This document shows, piece by piece, positions 34,907-43,045 of a DNA stretch of 64,000 bases. The notes beneath the pieces are model-generated. The model was given only the letters and a program-made list of their open reading frames with translations, had not been told where the DNA came from and did no database searches. Both the position numbers and the translations under genes were made by a program. Position 1 is the first letter of the stretch. Every line of letters begins with the position of its first letter. This DNA comes from a virus (Duplodnaviria > Caudoviricetes), in the IMG/VR virus record IMGVR_UViG_3300048854_000134, positions 5,225-69,224 of that record; one strand, 5' to 3'.

Positions 34907-35226
34907 CGACGATGGACAGCAAAGACATTGTGTGGAGAGAACTGTTTTTCAACGCAGCTATTGCTGCGAATTGCCTTCCTTCCAGTTTCGTGGATGGTAA
35001 TCAGCACGTGATTGCGGCGATTAGAGATCTACGTGCCACACGAGCTGAACATATCGAAACAGCGCGACGCACGATCATCGCGATGCTTCAAGGCTATGCG
35101 GAATCGTATGAGTCGATGGCACGGGTGGCACGCAAGGAAGGCCAGACATTGACAGCCAACCACTACGCGACATTTGCAATCGACATTCGGCAGAACATGC
35201 TTCGGTTCGTAGAGGTGCTGCCATGA
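34903..35226 (+). CDS. Two-module hypothetical protein sharing a module with the Lar mosaic
   Basis: ML.GYAESYE.MAR...DIRQNM shared with 33738-33839. Confidence 0.7.
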   Translation: MTTMDSKDIVWRELFFNAAIAANCLPSSFVDGNQHVIAAIRDLRATRAEHIETARRTIIAMLQGYAESYESMARVARKEGQTLTANHYATFAIDIRQNMLRFVEVLP

Positions 35227-35239
35227 GAAGAGGTTGTAA

Positions 35240-35920
35240 ATGACGACGACCGCATACCCGCTGCATTGGCCGGAAGGTTGGCCTCGCACACCATATGAAA
35301 AGCGTGTCATCGGACGCTTCAATAAGAAAGAGCGTCGTCAGGTGACGGACACGTATTCGTATAACTCGTCGCAGCAGCTGACAGTTGCCGACGCCGTGCA
35401 GCGCGTGCTCGCTGAATTCGCGCTCTTTAGTCGGACAGGGCAGCCATGGCGCATCAATCCTGATGACGTGATCATCTCCACCAACGTGGCCGTGCGCAAT
35501 GACGGCTTACCGCGGTCTGGTCAGAAGGCCCCAGCAGATCCGGGCGTTGCAGTCTATTGGCGCGAGACGGTCAGGAAGCAAGTGGTGCAACGGGTAATGG
35601 CGATCGACCAGTACACGACCGTGGCGGACAATCTTGCTGCGATCGCCGCGACTCTCGACGCAATGCGCGCAATCGAGCGGCACGGCGGCGCGCAGATACT
35701 TGATCGGGCTTTTACCGGCTTCACAGCTCTCCCATCGCCGAGTGCGGCACGTAGCTGGCGCGAAGTACTCGGCGTCAGCGCCGCAGAGCGAAGCCTGGAC
35801 GTCGTGCGTCGGCACTACCGGCTCGCGGCGAGTGTGCACCATCCGGATAAGGGCGGCTCCCACGCGATGATGGCCGAACTGAATGCCGCGCTTGTTGCGG
35901 CTGAGAAGGAACTGCTATGA
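35240..35920 (+). CDS. Phage J-domain protein (C-terminal J domain)
   Basis: WREVLGV...YR...HHPDKGGS..M.ELN.A. Confidence 0.85.
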   Translation: MTTTAYPLHWPEGWPRTPYEKRVIGRFNKKERRQVTDTYSYNSSQQLTVADAVQRVLAEFALFSRTGQPWRINPDDVIISTNVAVRNDGLPRSGQKAPADPGVAVYWRETVRKQVVQRVMAIDQYTTVADNLAAIAATLDAMRAIERHGGAQILDRAFTGFTALPSPSAARSWREVLGVSAAERSLDVVRRHYRLAASVHHPDKGGSHAMMAELNAALVAAEKELL

Positions 35921-36453
35921 AATACTTGGTCGATCAAGACATGGCCGGCGAGCGCGGCGCGGTGATCAGCGATTGCGAAGAATATCGGCAGCGCCTCTGG
36001 ATGGAATGGGATCGTACGAAGCCAACGATGGCTGTTCTCATGCTCAACCCGTCTCGTGCTACCCATCTGGTCGACGATCCGACGTGGACTAGATGCCTGG
36101 GTCGGGCAGTCGCCGGCAAGTTTGGTCGACTGGAGATCGCGAATCTCTTTCCGCTTCGTGCGACAGATCCGTCGGCGCTTCTGACGCATCCAGATCCGCT
36201 TGGGCCAGAGAGAACCGCAGACGGCGCTGTGATGGACGCCGTCGAGCGCGCGTCGATGATTATCTGTGCATGGGGAGCGCACCCGATGGCGCCTGCCCGT
36301 GCGGCGCATCTGATGCACATCTTCGGAATCGTTGGCTGGCGAAACCGGCTTTATCACCTCGGGCTGAATAAAGACGGCAGCCCGAAGCATCCGCTTTACA
36401 TTGCCGCAAGTACGCGGCCCAAACCTTTTATCTTCGAAGCATCGACGGCATGA
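35917..36453 (+). CDS. DUF1643-like protein
   Basis: A.ISDC..YR..L..W..MLNPS.A...DDPT..RC..NLF..RATDP..CAWG..HPLY. Confidence 0.85.
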   Translation: MKYLVDQDMAGERGAVISDCEEYRQRLWMEWDRTKPTMAVLMLNPSRATHLVDDPTWTRCLGRAVAGKFGRLEIANLFPLRATDPSALLTHPDPLGPERTADGAVMDAVERASMIICAWGAHPMAPARAAHLMHIFGIVGWRNRLYHLGLNKDGSPKHPLYIAASTRPKPFIFEASTA

Positions 36454-36505
36454 CAGAAGCAGCACAACGAATTTTGGAAATTACGCGTAGAGACTGGAGC
36501 GTGAG

Positions 36506-36784
36506 ATGAGCGGCATGAAACCGTTTTATTTGGAATTGGAGAAGGTGGCCGAGGCCGTCTCGTTGTCGATCGGAACAGTGCAGAAGCTGATCCGGGAAGG
36601 TAACTTTCCGGAGCCGCGAGCGCTGTCCGGTCGCCGAGTCGGCTGGCTTGTTCGAGAGGTAGAGGAGTGGGCAGAAGCCAGGCCGGTTTCAAACCTGCCT
36701 CCGCCGCCGGATAGCGGCAAACGTCGACCGGTTACTCGGACGGAGGAGCAACAATCCCCTCAAGCGTCTTCGACAGCCGCGTAA
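36506..36784 (+). CDS. AlpA-family excisionase/RDF
   Basis: VAEAVSLS.GT..KL..EG.FP.P..L..RRVGW..EV.EW. Confidence 0.85.
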   Translation: MSGMKPFYLELEKVAEAVSLSIGTVQKLIREGNFPEPRALSGRRVGWLVREVEEWAEARPVSNLPPPPDSGKRRPVTRTEEQQSPQASSTAA

Positions 36785-37988
36785 GCCATAAACGGCGTTC
36801 GCTGTCGTAGTGGTGCCGGTTGTAGACGCCGGCCACGCCTGGCAACACATGCCCAATGATTGCTTCACCAACTTCGTGCGGGCATCCGATCGCAGCCAAC
36901 TTCGTACGCATCGTCCGCCGCAGGTCGTGAGGTGCCCAGTTTGTAACCGGCAGGCGCTCCCGAATATGTTCAGGAGCCGTTTTGCAATAGGGCTGGAAGT
37001 AATAGATCCCTTGCTGGATCATCTTCTGGTTGCGGCTGCCTCCGGCTCGACTCGGAAACAAACTGCCCTTCCCATATTTCTCCATCCGAGCACGGATCAC
37101 TTTTTCCGCGCGGCCGATAAGTGGCACGCGAAGATCCGTCGCGTCGGGGAGGTTGGCGTTCTTGGTTTTATGCTTCGGAACCGTCCACCAAAACCCGTCG
37201 TTCTCTTCTGTAATCTCTGACCCTTCCATTGCAATAATTTCAGCGCCACGTGTACCGGTCCAGAGATACAAGACGATGGCGTCTTGGAGCGTGTCGCTAA
37301 AATTATGCAGCCAGTTGAAGAGTGTATTGAGCTCGTCGTCGCTTAAAACTCGCTTGCCGGTGCGCTGCTTGCCAGCGACTTTCCGGCCAACTGATCGCAG
37401 TTTCCCCTTCATCACCAGACGCCACCAGTTTGCGCACTGGTCCGGCAGCCGCCCGGAATCTAGGGCGTAGTCCCATGCGCCGCCTAGCGCCGAGCGCAGG
37501 GTCATGGCCAGCGACGGCGTGGATGAAACGGATTCGAGCACGGCGAAGGCTTGCACCCGTGTGACCGACGCGGCAGGCAGGTCCGCAATGGCCGTAAGCT
37601 TGTTCGCAAAGAGCTGTCGAATGATCGTCGCGCCCTTGGGTTTGCGAGCACGCTCGACATGGCCCTCGTAATAGTCACGGCACAGATCACGTACAAGATA
37701 ATTGCTCGAATCTTTGGGCACCGGCTTCTTGCCTTTCTTTTCGAGAGCCGGATCTGTCCCGTCGGCGCGCGCGTTGCGCATTTTCTCCCATGCTGAGATC
37801 GCGGCGGCTTGAGATACTGCGGGCCACTCGCCGAGCTTTACCTGCTTCATACGGCCGTCGGCAGATTTATAACGGTAGGTCCACGAGCGCTTCGATTCGG
37901 TAGCCTGAAGCCGCAATCCGGGGAAGCCGTCTAAAGTAATATGCTCGCCAGGCTTCATGAGCTTGGCTTTTCTCGCGTCAAATCGCAT
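36732..37988 (-). CDS. int: Tyrosine integrase with N-terminal arm-binding domain
   Basis: GL.L..T..K.W.YRY..GEWP; GTR, KTKN, HDLRR, IGH, YN catalytic set. Confidence 0.96.
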   Translation of the reverse strand: MRFDARKAKLMKPGEHITLDGFPGLRLQATESKRSWTYRYKSADGRMKQVKLGEWPAVSQAAAISAWEKMRNARADGTDPALEKKGKKPVPKDSSNYLVRDLCRDYYEGHVERARKPKGATIIRQLFANKLTAIADLPAASVTRVQAFAVLESVSSTPSLAMTLRSALGGAWDYALDSGRLPDQCANWWRLVMKGKLRSVGRKVAGKQRTGKRVLSDDELNTLFNWLHNFSDTLQDAIVLYLWTGTRGAEIIAMEGSEITEENDGFWWTVPKHKTKNANLPDATDLRVPLIGRAEKVIRARMEKYGKGSLFPSRAGGSRNQKMIQQGIYYFQPYCKTAPEHIRERLPVTNWAPHDLRRTMRTKLAAIGCPHEVGEAIIGHVLPGVAGVYNRHHYDSERRLWLTRLSKTLEGIVAPPSE

Positions 37989-38030
37989 CGGTCTGGTCTA
38001 TGTCTTACCGACTTGATAACGATTTAAGTC

Positions 38031-38292
38031 GGCGTAGGTTTTTTATGAATGATAGCCGAAAACCTACGCCGTACACCTGAGTTTCCCTGATATGTTGATG
38101 ACGTGTATTTGATATTAATGGTCTGCGAGATAAACTAGTAAAGCGTTATCCAGTAAGCGATTGAGCGCTTAAAAGCCTTGCCGGTAAAGGCTGTGCAGGA
38201 TAGTACGCTTTTGCGGACTCGTTAATTCGATGAGAACGAATAAGCCTTATAGATAGAGGCTTCGTTTCAAAACCTACGCTTAAACCCACGCC
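38031..38292. other. attP region with arm-type repeats on both sides
   Basis: GGCGTAGGTTTT 38031, AAAACCTACGCC 38059, AAAACCTACGCT 38269, TAAACCCACGCC 38281; AT-rich; adjacent to int start. Confidence 0.7.
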
Positions 38293-38328
38293 AAAAACTG
38301 CCATTATCTCGACTGAATTCCCGATATA

Positions 38329-38348
38329 TACTGTACGTAAATACAGTA
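38329..38348 (+). promoter_or_regulatory. LexA (SOS) box
   Basis: TACTGTACGTAAATACAGTA matches CTGT-N8-ACAG with TA flanks. Confidence 0.85.
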
Positions 38349-38366
38349 TTAAAACGGGGTGCAGAG

Positions 38367-38660
38367 ATGAAGGTCGATGATTTTGAGCCAGTGTCGGATA
38401 GCGATCTCCGCCAGCTTTACCGAGTCAACCACGATCCCGATCTTCGTCGAGTCATCCTCGAAGTCGTGCGCTATCGACGTGTGCTTGATCACTTGTGCCG
38501 TGAAGCACAGCAGGTTGAGGAAGGCTTGCGCATCAGCAGCCAAGGATTGATAGTCGGCGGCTCGATTGCGATGAACAGCCGCTTGCGTGATGAGTTCGAA
38601 CGCCTCGGTTCACACGGTGGCTTCGTCATCAAGCTGACGACCGATGGCCAATACAAATGA
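38367..38660 (+). CDS. SOS-regulated small hypothetical protein
   Basis: 97-aa ORF starting 18 nt after the LexA box. Confidence 0.8.
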   Translation: MKVDDFEPVSDSDLRQLYRVNHDPDLRRVILEVVRYRRVLDHLCREAQQVEEGLRISSQGLIVGGSIAMNSRLRDEFERLGSHGGFVIKLTTDGQYK

Positions 38661-38673
38661 TCTGGAACGGCCT

Positions 38674-39063
38674 TCAGCCTTTAGAAGGCGTATTGGAATA
38701 CGAGCTGATCGCGCTGATCAACTCCCGAGCGAACTCGACCTCTCGTTTGAGCGTCGCGGCTTCGCCCTCGCCAGACGCTTTCGACAGCGCTGAGGCAACT
38801 CGCTCCAAGACGTCGTCGCTCCGCTTCAATGCCCCTAGAAGAGTATCGATCTGCCGGGTGAGGCTTGCCGCCAGTTGTGTGTCCCGCTTCTCAATCGCTT
38901 CGAGTATGGCGACTGCTGCGTTAGCGTGTGGATCAGTGTTCAGCCGCAACAGCATCTCAGCGTTGAGTGAAACGCCGGACGCCGCTGCAGCCTGCTCGAT
39001 CTTCGCGTGCAGAGTGCGAGGCAGACGTAGTGATGTTTTGATTGTGCTGTCGTCGATTGGCAT
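38674..39063 (-). CDS. Arc-family (ribbon-helix-helix) DNA-binding protein
   Basis: KTSLRLPRTLHAKIEQAA..SG.SLNAEML.RL; start at ATG 39063. Confidence 0.85.
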   Translation of the reverse strand: MPIDDSTIKTSLRLPRTLHAKIEQAAAASGVSLNAEMLLRLNTDPHANAAVAILEAIEKRDTQLAASLTRQIDTLLGALKRSDDVLERVASALSKASGEGEAATLKREVEFARELISAISSYSNTPSKG

Positions 39064-39130
39064 GCGCCGGATTCTAGCGACAGCGATTTTTGCCCGCCAC
39101 AAAAGGCGATTTCGACGTGGTTTTGAAGCC

Positions 39131-39223
39131 GATTTGGTGCCTAATCGACGCTGAAAGATAGGATAAGTGGTGCCAATATGACTCCGCACGCATTTCGTCA
39201 CTCTGGCGACGCGGCACCAAATC
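39131..39223. promoter_or_regulatory. Inverted repeat, putative Arc-like operator
   Basis: GATTTGGTGCC 39131 and GGCACCAAATC 39213; extra TGGTGCC at 39168. Confidence 0.55.
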
Positions 39224-39234
39224 TGAGAGGAACT

Positions 39235-39465
39235 ATGAACCCACAATACGCTGTTGCTGCAGATAGTGAAGTCAACGCATCGGGTATCAATGACGCAGAA
39301 CTGATTGAGAAAGTCGCTGCTAAAGCGGAGCATCTCGAGTCGCTGCTTGCCTCCCTTTCGATAAGCGCGGGCAGCGGCTTAGAGACGGTACACCTGTTCA
39401 ACGCGCTCTGGCTTGCGGCGGACTTAGCACGAGAGATATCAAGCACCGCTCGACTCATCGATTAA
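39235..39465 (+). CDS. Hypothetical protein
   Basis: GAGAGG RBS; 76 aa. Confidence 0.65.
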   Translation: MNPQYAVAADSEVNASGINDAELIEKVAAKAEHLESLLASLSISAGSGLETVHLFNALWLAADLAREISSTARLID

Positions 39466-39579
39466 ATCGTTCCGCGCCATGTCATGTATCGATCATGGCG
39501 CGATTGTTGAATTGCTGCTGAGATGAACTTGGGGAACGGAGAAAAGGTAGGATGTCGTGTCCAATTGCTGGAGATGGTC

Positions 39580-39855
39580 ATGGAGCTGACCCACGAATCT
39601 GTAGATGCCCGCCTGGCCGACTTGCTGAGTGTCAAGCCGCGCGGCACGACAGCGGACTTAACCGATTTTGCGGTGGCGTATTGGGATGGCGCGCGAGTGC
39701 GCTATTTGTTCCTGCATGAGGACGGCCGCGGCGGGCTCGACGACGAGTTCGAGCTGACCGACTACGAGCTCGATCAGTGGCACGACGAGATTGCCGCGTG
39801 GCTGGCCGACCCTCGCTTCACCGAAAACCACGCCGAATTAGTTCGCTGGCTTTGA
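39580..39855 (+). CDS. Highly acidic small protein
   Basis: GGAG RBS; about 21 D/E versus 8 K/R in 91 aa. Confidence 0.7.
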   Translation: MELTHESVDARLADLLSVKPRGTTADLTDFAVAYWDGARVRYLFLHEDGRGGLDDEFELTDYELDQWHDEIAAWLADPRFTENHAELVRWL

Positions 39856-40059
39856 CGGGCAGTTGGCCAGATAGGCCTTGTCGTGCGCAAAGATCTGAAC
39901 CTTCGTCTCGTAGCTGTCCGCCGGCACGGTTGTGATGAATTTGACCCAGTCGCACGCGGTGTCAATCACTCGCGTCGACGGTGCCGGAGTCGGCGCTGCT
40001 GCCGCGCAGCCACCCAGCATTGCCAGTGCGCAAACAATAATCATGAGCCGCATGTTCAC
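39838..40059 (-). CDS. o-spanin (Rz1-like lipoprotein)
   Basis: Lipobox LGGC, Pro-rich linker, DTAC.W; end of the lysis cassette. Confidence 0.8.
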   Translation of the reverse strand: MNMRLMIIVCALAMLGGCAAAAPTPAPSTRVIDTACDWVKFITTVPADSYETKVQIFAHDKAYLANCPSKPAN

Positions 40060-40355
40060 TCCTTTCGTTGTGCGCCGATAGCGGCGAGCTGGGCATCGAT
40101 GTCTTCGCGTGCCGTGGCCTGAGCTTCCGCATCAGCTTTCGCGCGATTGACGACGGCGTTTTCTCCTGCTGCTGACGCAGCCGCATTGCCCTGATCGATT
40201 GCGCTGTTGTTCTGAGCAACAGTGCTGGCAGCTTGGGCTTTGACGACATCGGCTTGCTTCTTGTGAAATAGGCCAAAGACAATGCCTCCTGCGCCTACTA
40301 AGCCGCCAAGGATTGCGCCGATATGCGCGACGAGAAACGTGATGATGAGAGTCAT
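40056..40355 (-). CDS. i-spanin (Rz-like)
   Basis: N-terminal TM plus Ala-rich helical periplasmic part. Confidence 0.75.
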   Translation of the reverse strand: MTLIITFLVAHIGAILGGLVGAGGIVFGLFHKKQADVVKAQAASTVAQNNSAIDQGNAAASAAGENAVVNRAKADAEAQATAREDIDAQLAAIGAQRKE

Positions 40356-40374
40356 GTGATCTCCGGAGTTAATG

Positions 40375-40680
40375 TCAGTCTTCCCATTCAGGTATTTCGA
40401 CGGTTTGCCCTGCGAGCGCATGGGTACAATCGCCAAGGAACTGGATCATTCCGTCCTTGATGAACGAATGGCAAACCTTCTCGATGGCGGCGGTGCGCGG
40501 ACGCTCCGTCCATGTCACGAGAACGCTGGGGCTCACGGTCGGCCGGTCGACGTTCTCGTTGAATTCCCAGACAGGACGCATCGCGCGGCCGACATACACA
40601 ACGTGCAGCGACTCACAGCCAGGACACTCAAACAACATCGCCCGCGTGCCGTCTTCATGTATCTGCTCGTGGAATTTCAT
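40375..40680 (-). CDS. Cys/His-rich protein (DUF6527-like)
   Basis: FECPGC..H..W.FN....PT.SPS.L..CHSF..DG.IQFLGDCTH.LAGQTV; ATGA overlap with the endolysin. Confidence 0.7.
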   Translation of the reverse strand: MKFHEQIHEDGTRAMLFECPGCESLHVVYVGRAMRPVWEFNENVDRPTVSPSVLVTWTERPRTAAIEKVCHSFIKDGMIQFLGDCTHALAGQTVEIPEWED

Positions 40681-41324
40681 GCCACCCCCAGCGCGGTCTT
40701 GCAGGAAGCCCAAAGCGCCTGTCGATCGGCGAGCCCATTCGTGCCGCCATTGATCTTCCGCGTGAGCGTGGTGAAGTCGGAGACGTAAGCATTCAGGCCG
40801 TGGGCGTACCAAAACCATGCAGCCGACAGCGCGGCGTTGTCCGGTTGCTCGAGCAGAGACGGATAGGTGACGAGATCCATGCCAAGCCCTGCGCTGGCCG
40901 CCTTATAGTTCGCCCGTCCGGTGATCTGGATAAGGCCGCGCCCGAGGAACAGCTTCCCATCGCCTGGCTCAGTGTTGCCAAGGTCTTGTCGGCCTTCATA
41001 CTTCAACTGCGCCGGCGTCGGCCCCCAGATTTCCCGAACATAGACAAGCTTTGCGGACTCATGCCCGACCTGCGCAAGGAAAGCGGCGCGCTGCGCCGGC
41101 GTATCGATCGCGAATCGCACCATCGCTTCGTCGAGCGGATAGGCCCAAAGTTGAGCGCGCGTCATGGGGATGCCGAGCGCGGCCGCAAGGATGTCAGCTG
41201 TCAGTTTCCACGGCGCTTGAACGAGAACCGGCGAAGGAACGGCCGGCGTCGGCGCAGGTTCGGGGCTCGCGACAGGCGCCGGCGCGCGCTTGAACAGGCC
41301 AAGAAGCGTATCGAGCCAGCTCAT
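40677..41324 (-). CDS. Endolysin, glycoside hydrolase family 19-like
   Basis: AAFLAQVGHES, GDG..F.GRGLIQITGR.NY, T..INGG.NGL.DR. Confidence 0.92.
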   Translation of the reverse strand: MSWLDTLLGLFKRAPAPVASPEPAPTPAVPSPVLVQAPWKLTADILAAALGIPMTRAQLWAYPLDEAMVRFAIDTPAQRAAFLAQVGHESAKLVYVREIWGPTPAQLKYEGRQDLGNTEPGDGKLFLGRGLIQITGRANYKAASAGLGMDLVTYPSLLEQPDNAALSAAWFWYAHGLNAYVSDFTTLTRKINGGTNGLADRQALWASCKTALGVA

Positions 41325-41635
41325 TGCGCCACCGCTTGATCGGGTGCCGGCGCCTTACGGATCGACGTGTAGCGCACGCCGATGATCGTGCAGAACAGGA
41401 TGGTATAGGCAATAGCCTGCTGCACGTTCGCTGGCACGACGGCCTTCAGATCGTCGGGCATGCTGTGCCACGCTTCGCGCAGAATCGGGCCGAACGCGGA
41501 CACGAGACCCATCGCGCCGGAATAAATCACGACGCCGCGCTTGTGGAGGTTCCGCCAGTTGTCGGCTAGGTGCAGCCGAAATCCAGCGACGAGCGGAACC
41601 CCACGGACCGGAGATGTCAGGATTGGAGTGCTCAT
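41321..41635 (-). CDS. Putative holin
   Basis: Two hydrophobic segments; directly upstream of the endolysin. Confidence 0.7.
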   Translation of the reverse strand: MSTPILTSPVRGVPLVAGFRLHLADNWRNLHKRGVVIYSGAMGLVSAFGPILREAWHSMPDDLKAVVPANVQQAIAYTILFCTIIGVRYTSIRKAPAPDQAVAQ

Positions 41636-41778
41636 AAGAAAAGCACCACCAAGATGATGACGACCAGCACGGTACCGCTCGGCCAGTATCCAGTTCCCCA
41701 GTTGGCAGCCCATGGCGCAGCAGGCAGAGCGCCGAGCAGGATGGCAATGAGGACGATGATCAGGATTAAACGGAGCAT
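41632..41778 (-). CDS. DUF3309-like small membrane protein
   Basis: Manually translated MLRLILIIVLIAILLGALPAAPWAANWGTGYWPSGTVLVVIILVVLFL; GGGGAG RBS. Confidence 0.7.
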   Translation of the reverse strand: MLRLILIIVLIAILLGALPAAPWAANWGTGYWPSGTVLVVIILVVLFL

Positions 41779-41826
41779 GACTTCTCCCCGCGCGTGACGC
41801 GCGTCTTTGAAACGTTGATGAATTGA

Positions 41827-42381
41827 TTACCGGCGGTTGCCGATCCAAGGGGTCGGTGGTACGGCTGCCGTGGGGTGAACAGCCGTCTCGAGCTTCTTGT
41901 CGACCTGCTTGACCGCGCTGGCCGCTTCGTCGGCCTTGGCCACGGCGACTTCTACCTTCGCGCTGACTTGTTCAGTCTTTTGCTTGGCATCCACCGCAGC
42001 GGCAGCCGCAGCCTTTGCCTCTTTCAACTGAACCGCGGCATTACGGTCCGCAACCCGAGCGCGATCGCCGAGGAACCGCAAAATATAAGCAGTGAGTTCA
42101 TGCAGATCGGCCATCGCCTTCGTCTGGTCAGCCTCGCGCTTGTCTCGTTCTGCAGCGAGCGCGCGCAACCCGCTTATTTGCGCGCCGTATTCCTTTTCAC
42201 AAGACAGGCGCTCTTGCGCGCGCACGATCGGAAAACGGTCAAGCAACACCGCACGCTGATGGGAATTGAACCAGTTCATCAAACCAGCGCTGGTAGCCGC
42301 TACAACCAGCATGACGAGGATGTTCCAAACGTATGAATCGATCCGATCCCAGAGGGTTTTCAAACGTTGTGATCTGGTCAT
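41827..42381 (-). CDS. Membrane-anchored coiled-coil protein
   Basis: One TM plus long helical region. Confidence 0.75.
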   Translation of the reverse strand: MTRSQRLKTLWDRIDSYVWNILVMLVVAATSAGLMNWFNSHQRAVLLDRFPIVRAQERLSCEKEYGAQISGLRALAAERDKREADQTKAMADLHELTAYILRFLGDRARVADRNAAVQLKEAKAAAAAAVDAKQKTEQVSAKVEVAVAKADEAASAVKQVDKKLETAVHPTAAVPPTPWIGNRR

Positions 42382-42812
42382 GCCTTATCCGCCTGGCGGC
42401 GGCCTCCTATCTCAGCTTCGAGCTTCACAATGGTTCGGTCCTTCTCTGCCAGTAAGGCGACAAGGGCTTCGATTTTGAGACGATCCTGCTGTCGGTCTTC
42501 AGCAGCCTGAATAATCTGCCGACGCATCTTTGCCTCTGACACGGCGAGCAGCCGCCTGTACCGGGTCTCGCGCGCGATAGACTTGTTGTATTGCTCCTCC
42601 CATTGCTGAGCGGACCGCAAAAGCATTTGAAGACCGCTAGTCTCGATCTCGTTGGTGGCGACCTGCTTTTTCGTATCGGACTCTTGCCCCCGAAGATCGG
42701 TGAGCTGCTTTCGCGTTTTGAAATAGCTGACCGACAGTACTGATGCGATCACGGATAACGACGCGGCGGCGCTTGCGAGAATGCCGACCAAACCTGTATT
42801 TTCTCCAGGCAT
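42378..42812 (-). CDS. Membrane-anchored coiled-coil protein
   Basis: N-terminal hydrophobic segment plus coiled coil. Confidence 0.75.
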   Translation of the reverse strand: MPGENTGLVGILASAAASLSVIASVLSVSYFKTRKQLTDLRGQESDTKKQVATNEIETSGLQMLLRSAQQWEEQYNKSIARETRYRRLLAVSEAKMRRQIIQAAEDRQQDRLKIEALVALLAEKDRTIVKLEAEIGGRRQADKA

Positions 42813-42845
42813 TTCAAGCCCTCGTTTTGCCGGTTATCCGGGCAT

Positions 42846-42867
42846 AAAAAAGCCACCCGAAGGTGGC
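42846..42867 (-). terminator. Intrinsic terminator
   Basis: GCCACC-TTCG-GGTGGC followed by T6. Confidence 0.8.
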
Positions 42868-42883
42868 AATATTTGTGTCGTGC

Positions 42884-43045
42884 TCACAGCGGTCTTTCTT
42901 CGCCGCATAGCTTGCATCGCTGCACCCAGACAATCGGCTTTAGCGAAAGGCGCTTGTTCCGCCATTCGTGCTCGCACAGCACCTTAACCACCGGTGCGGT
43001 TGCTTGAACGACTGGCGCCGTGATGTCTTTTAGCATTGAGTCCAT
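42884..43045 (-). CDS. 53-aa Zn-ribbon-like protein
   Basis: Manually translated; CEHEW...RCKLCGEER; TGATG overlap. Confidence 0.55.
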   Translation of the reverse strand: MDSMLKDITAPVVQATAPVVKVLCEHEWRNKRLSLKPIVWVQRCKLCGEERPL

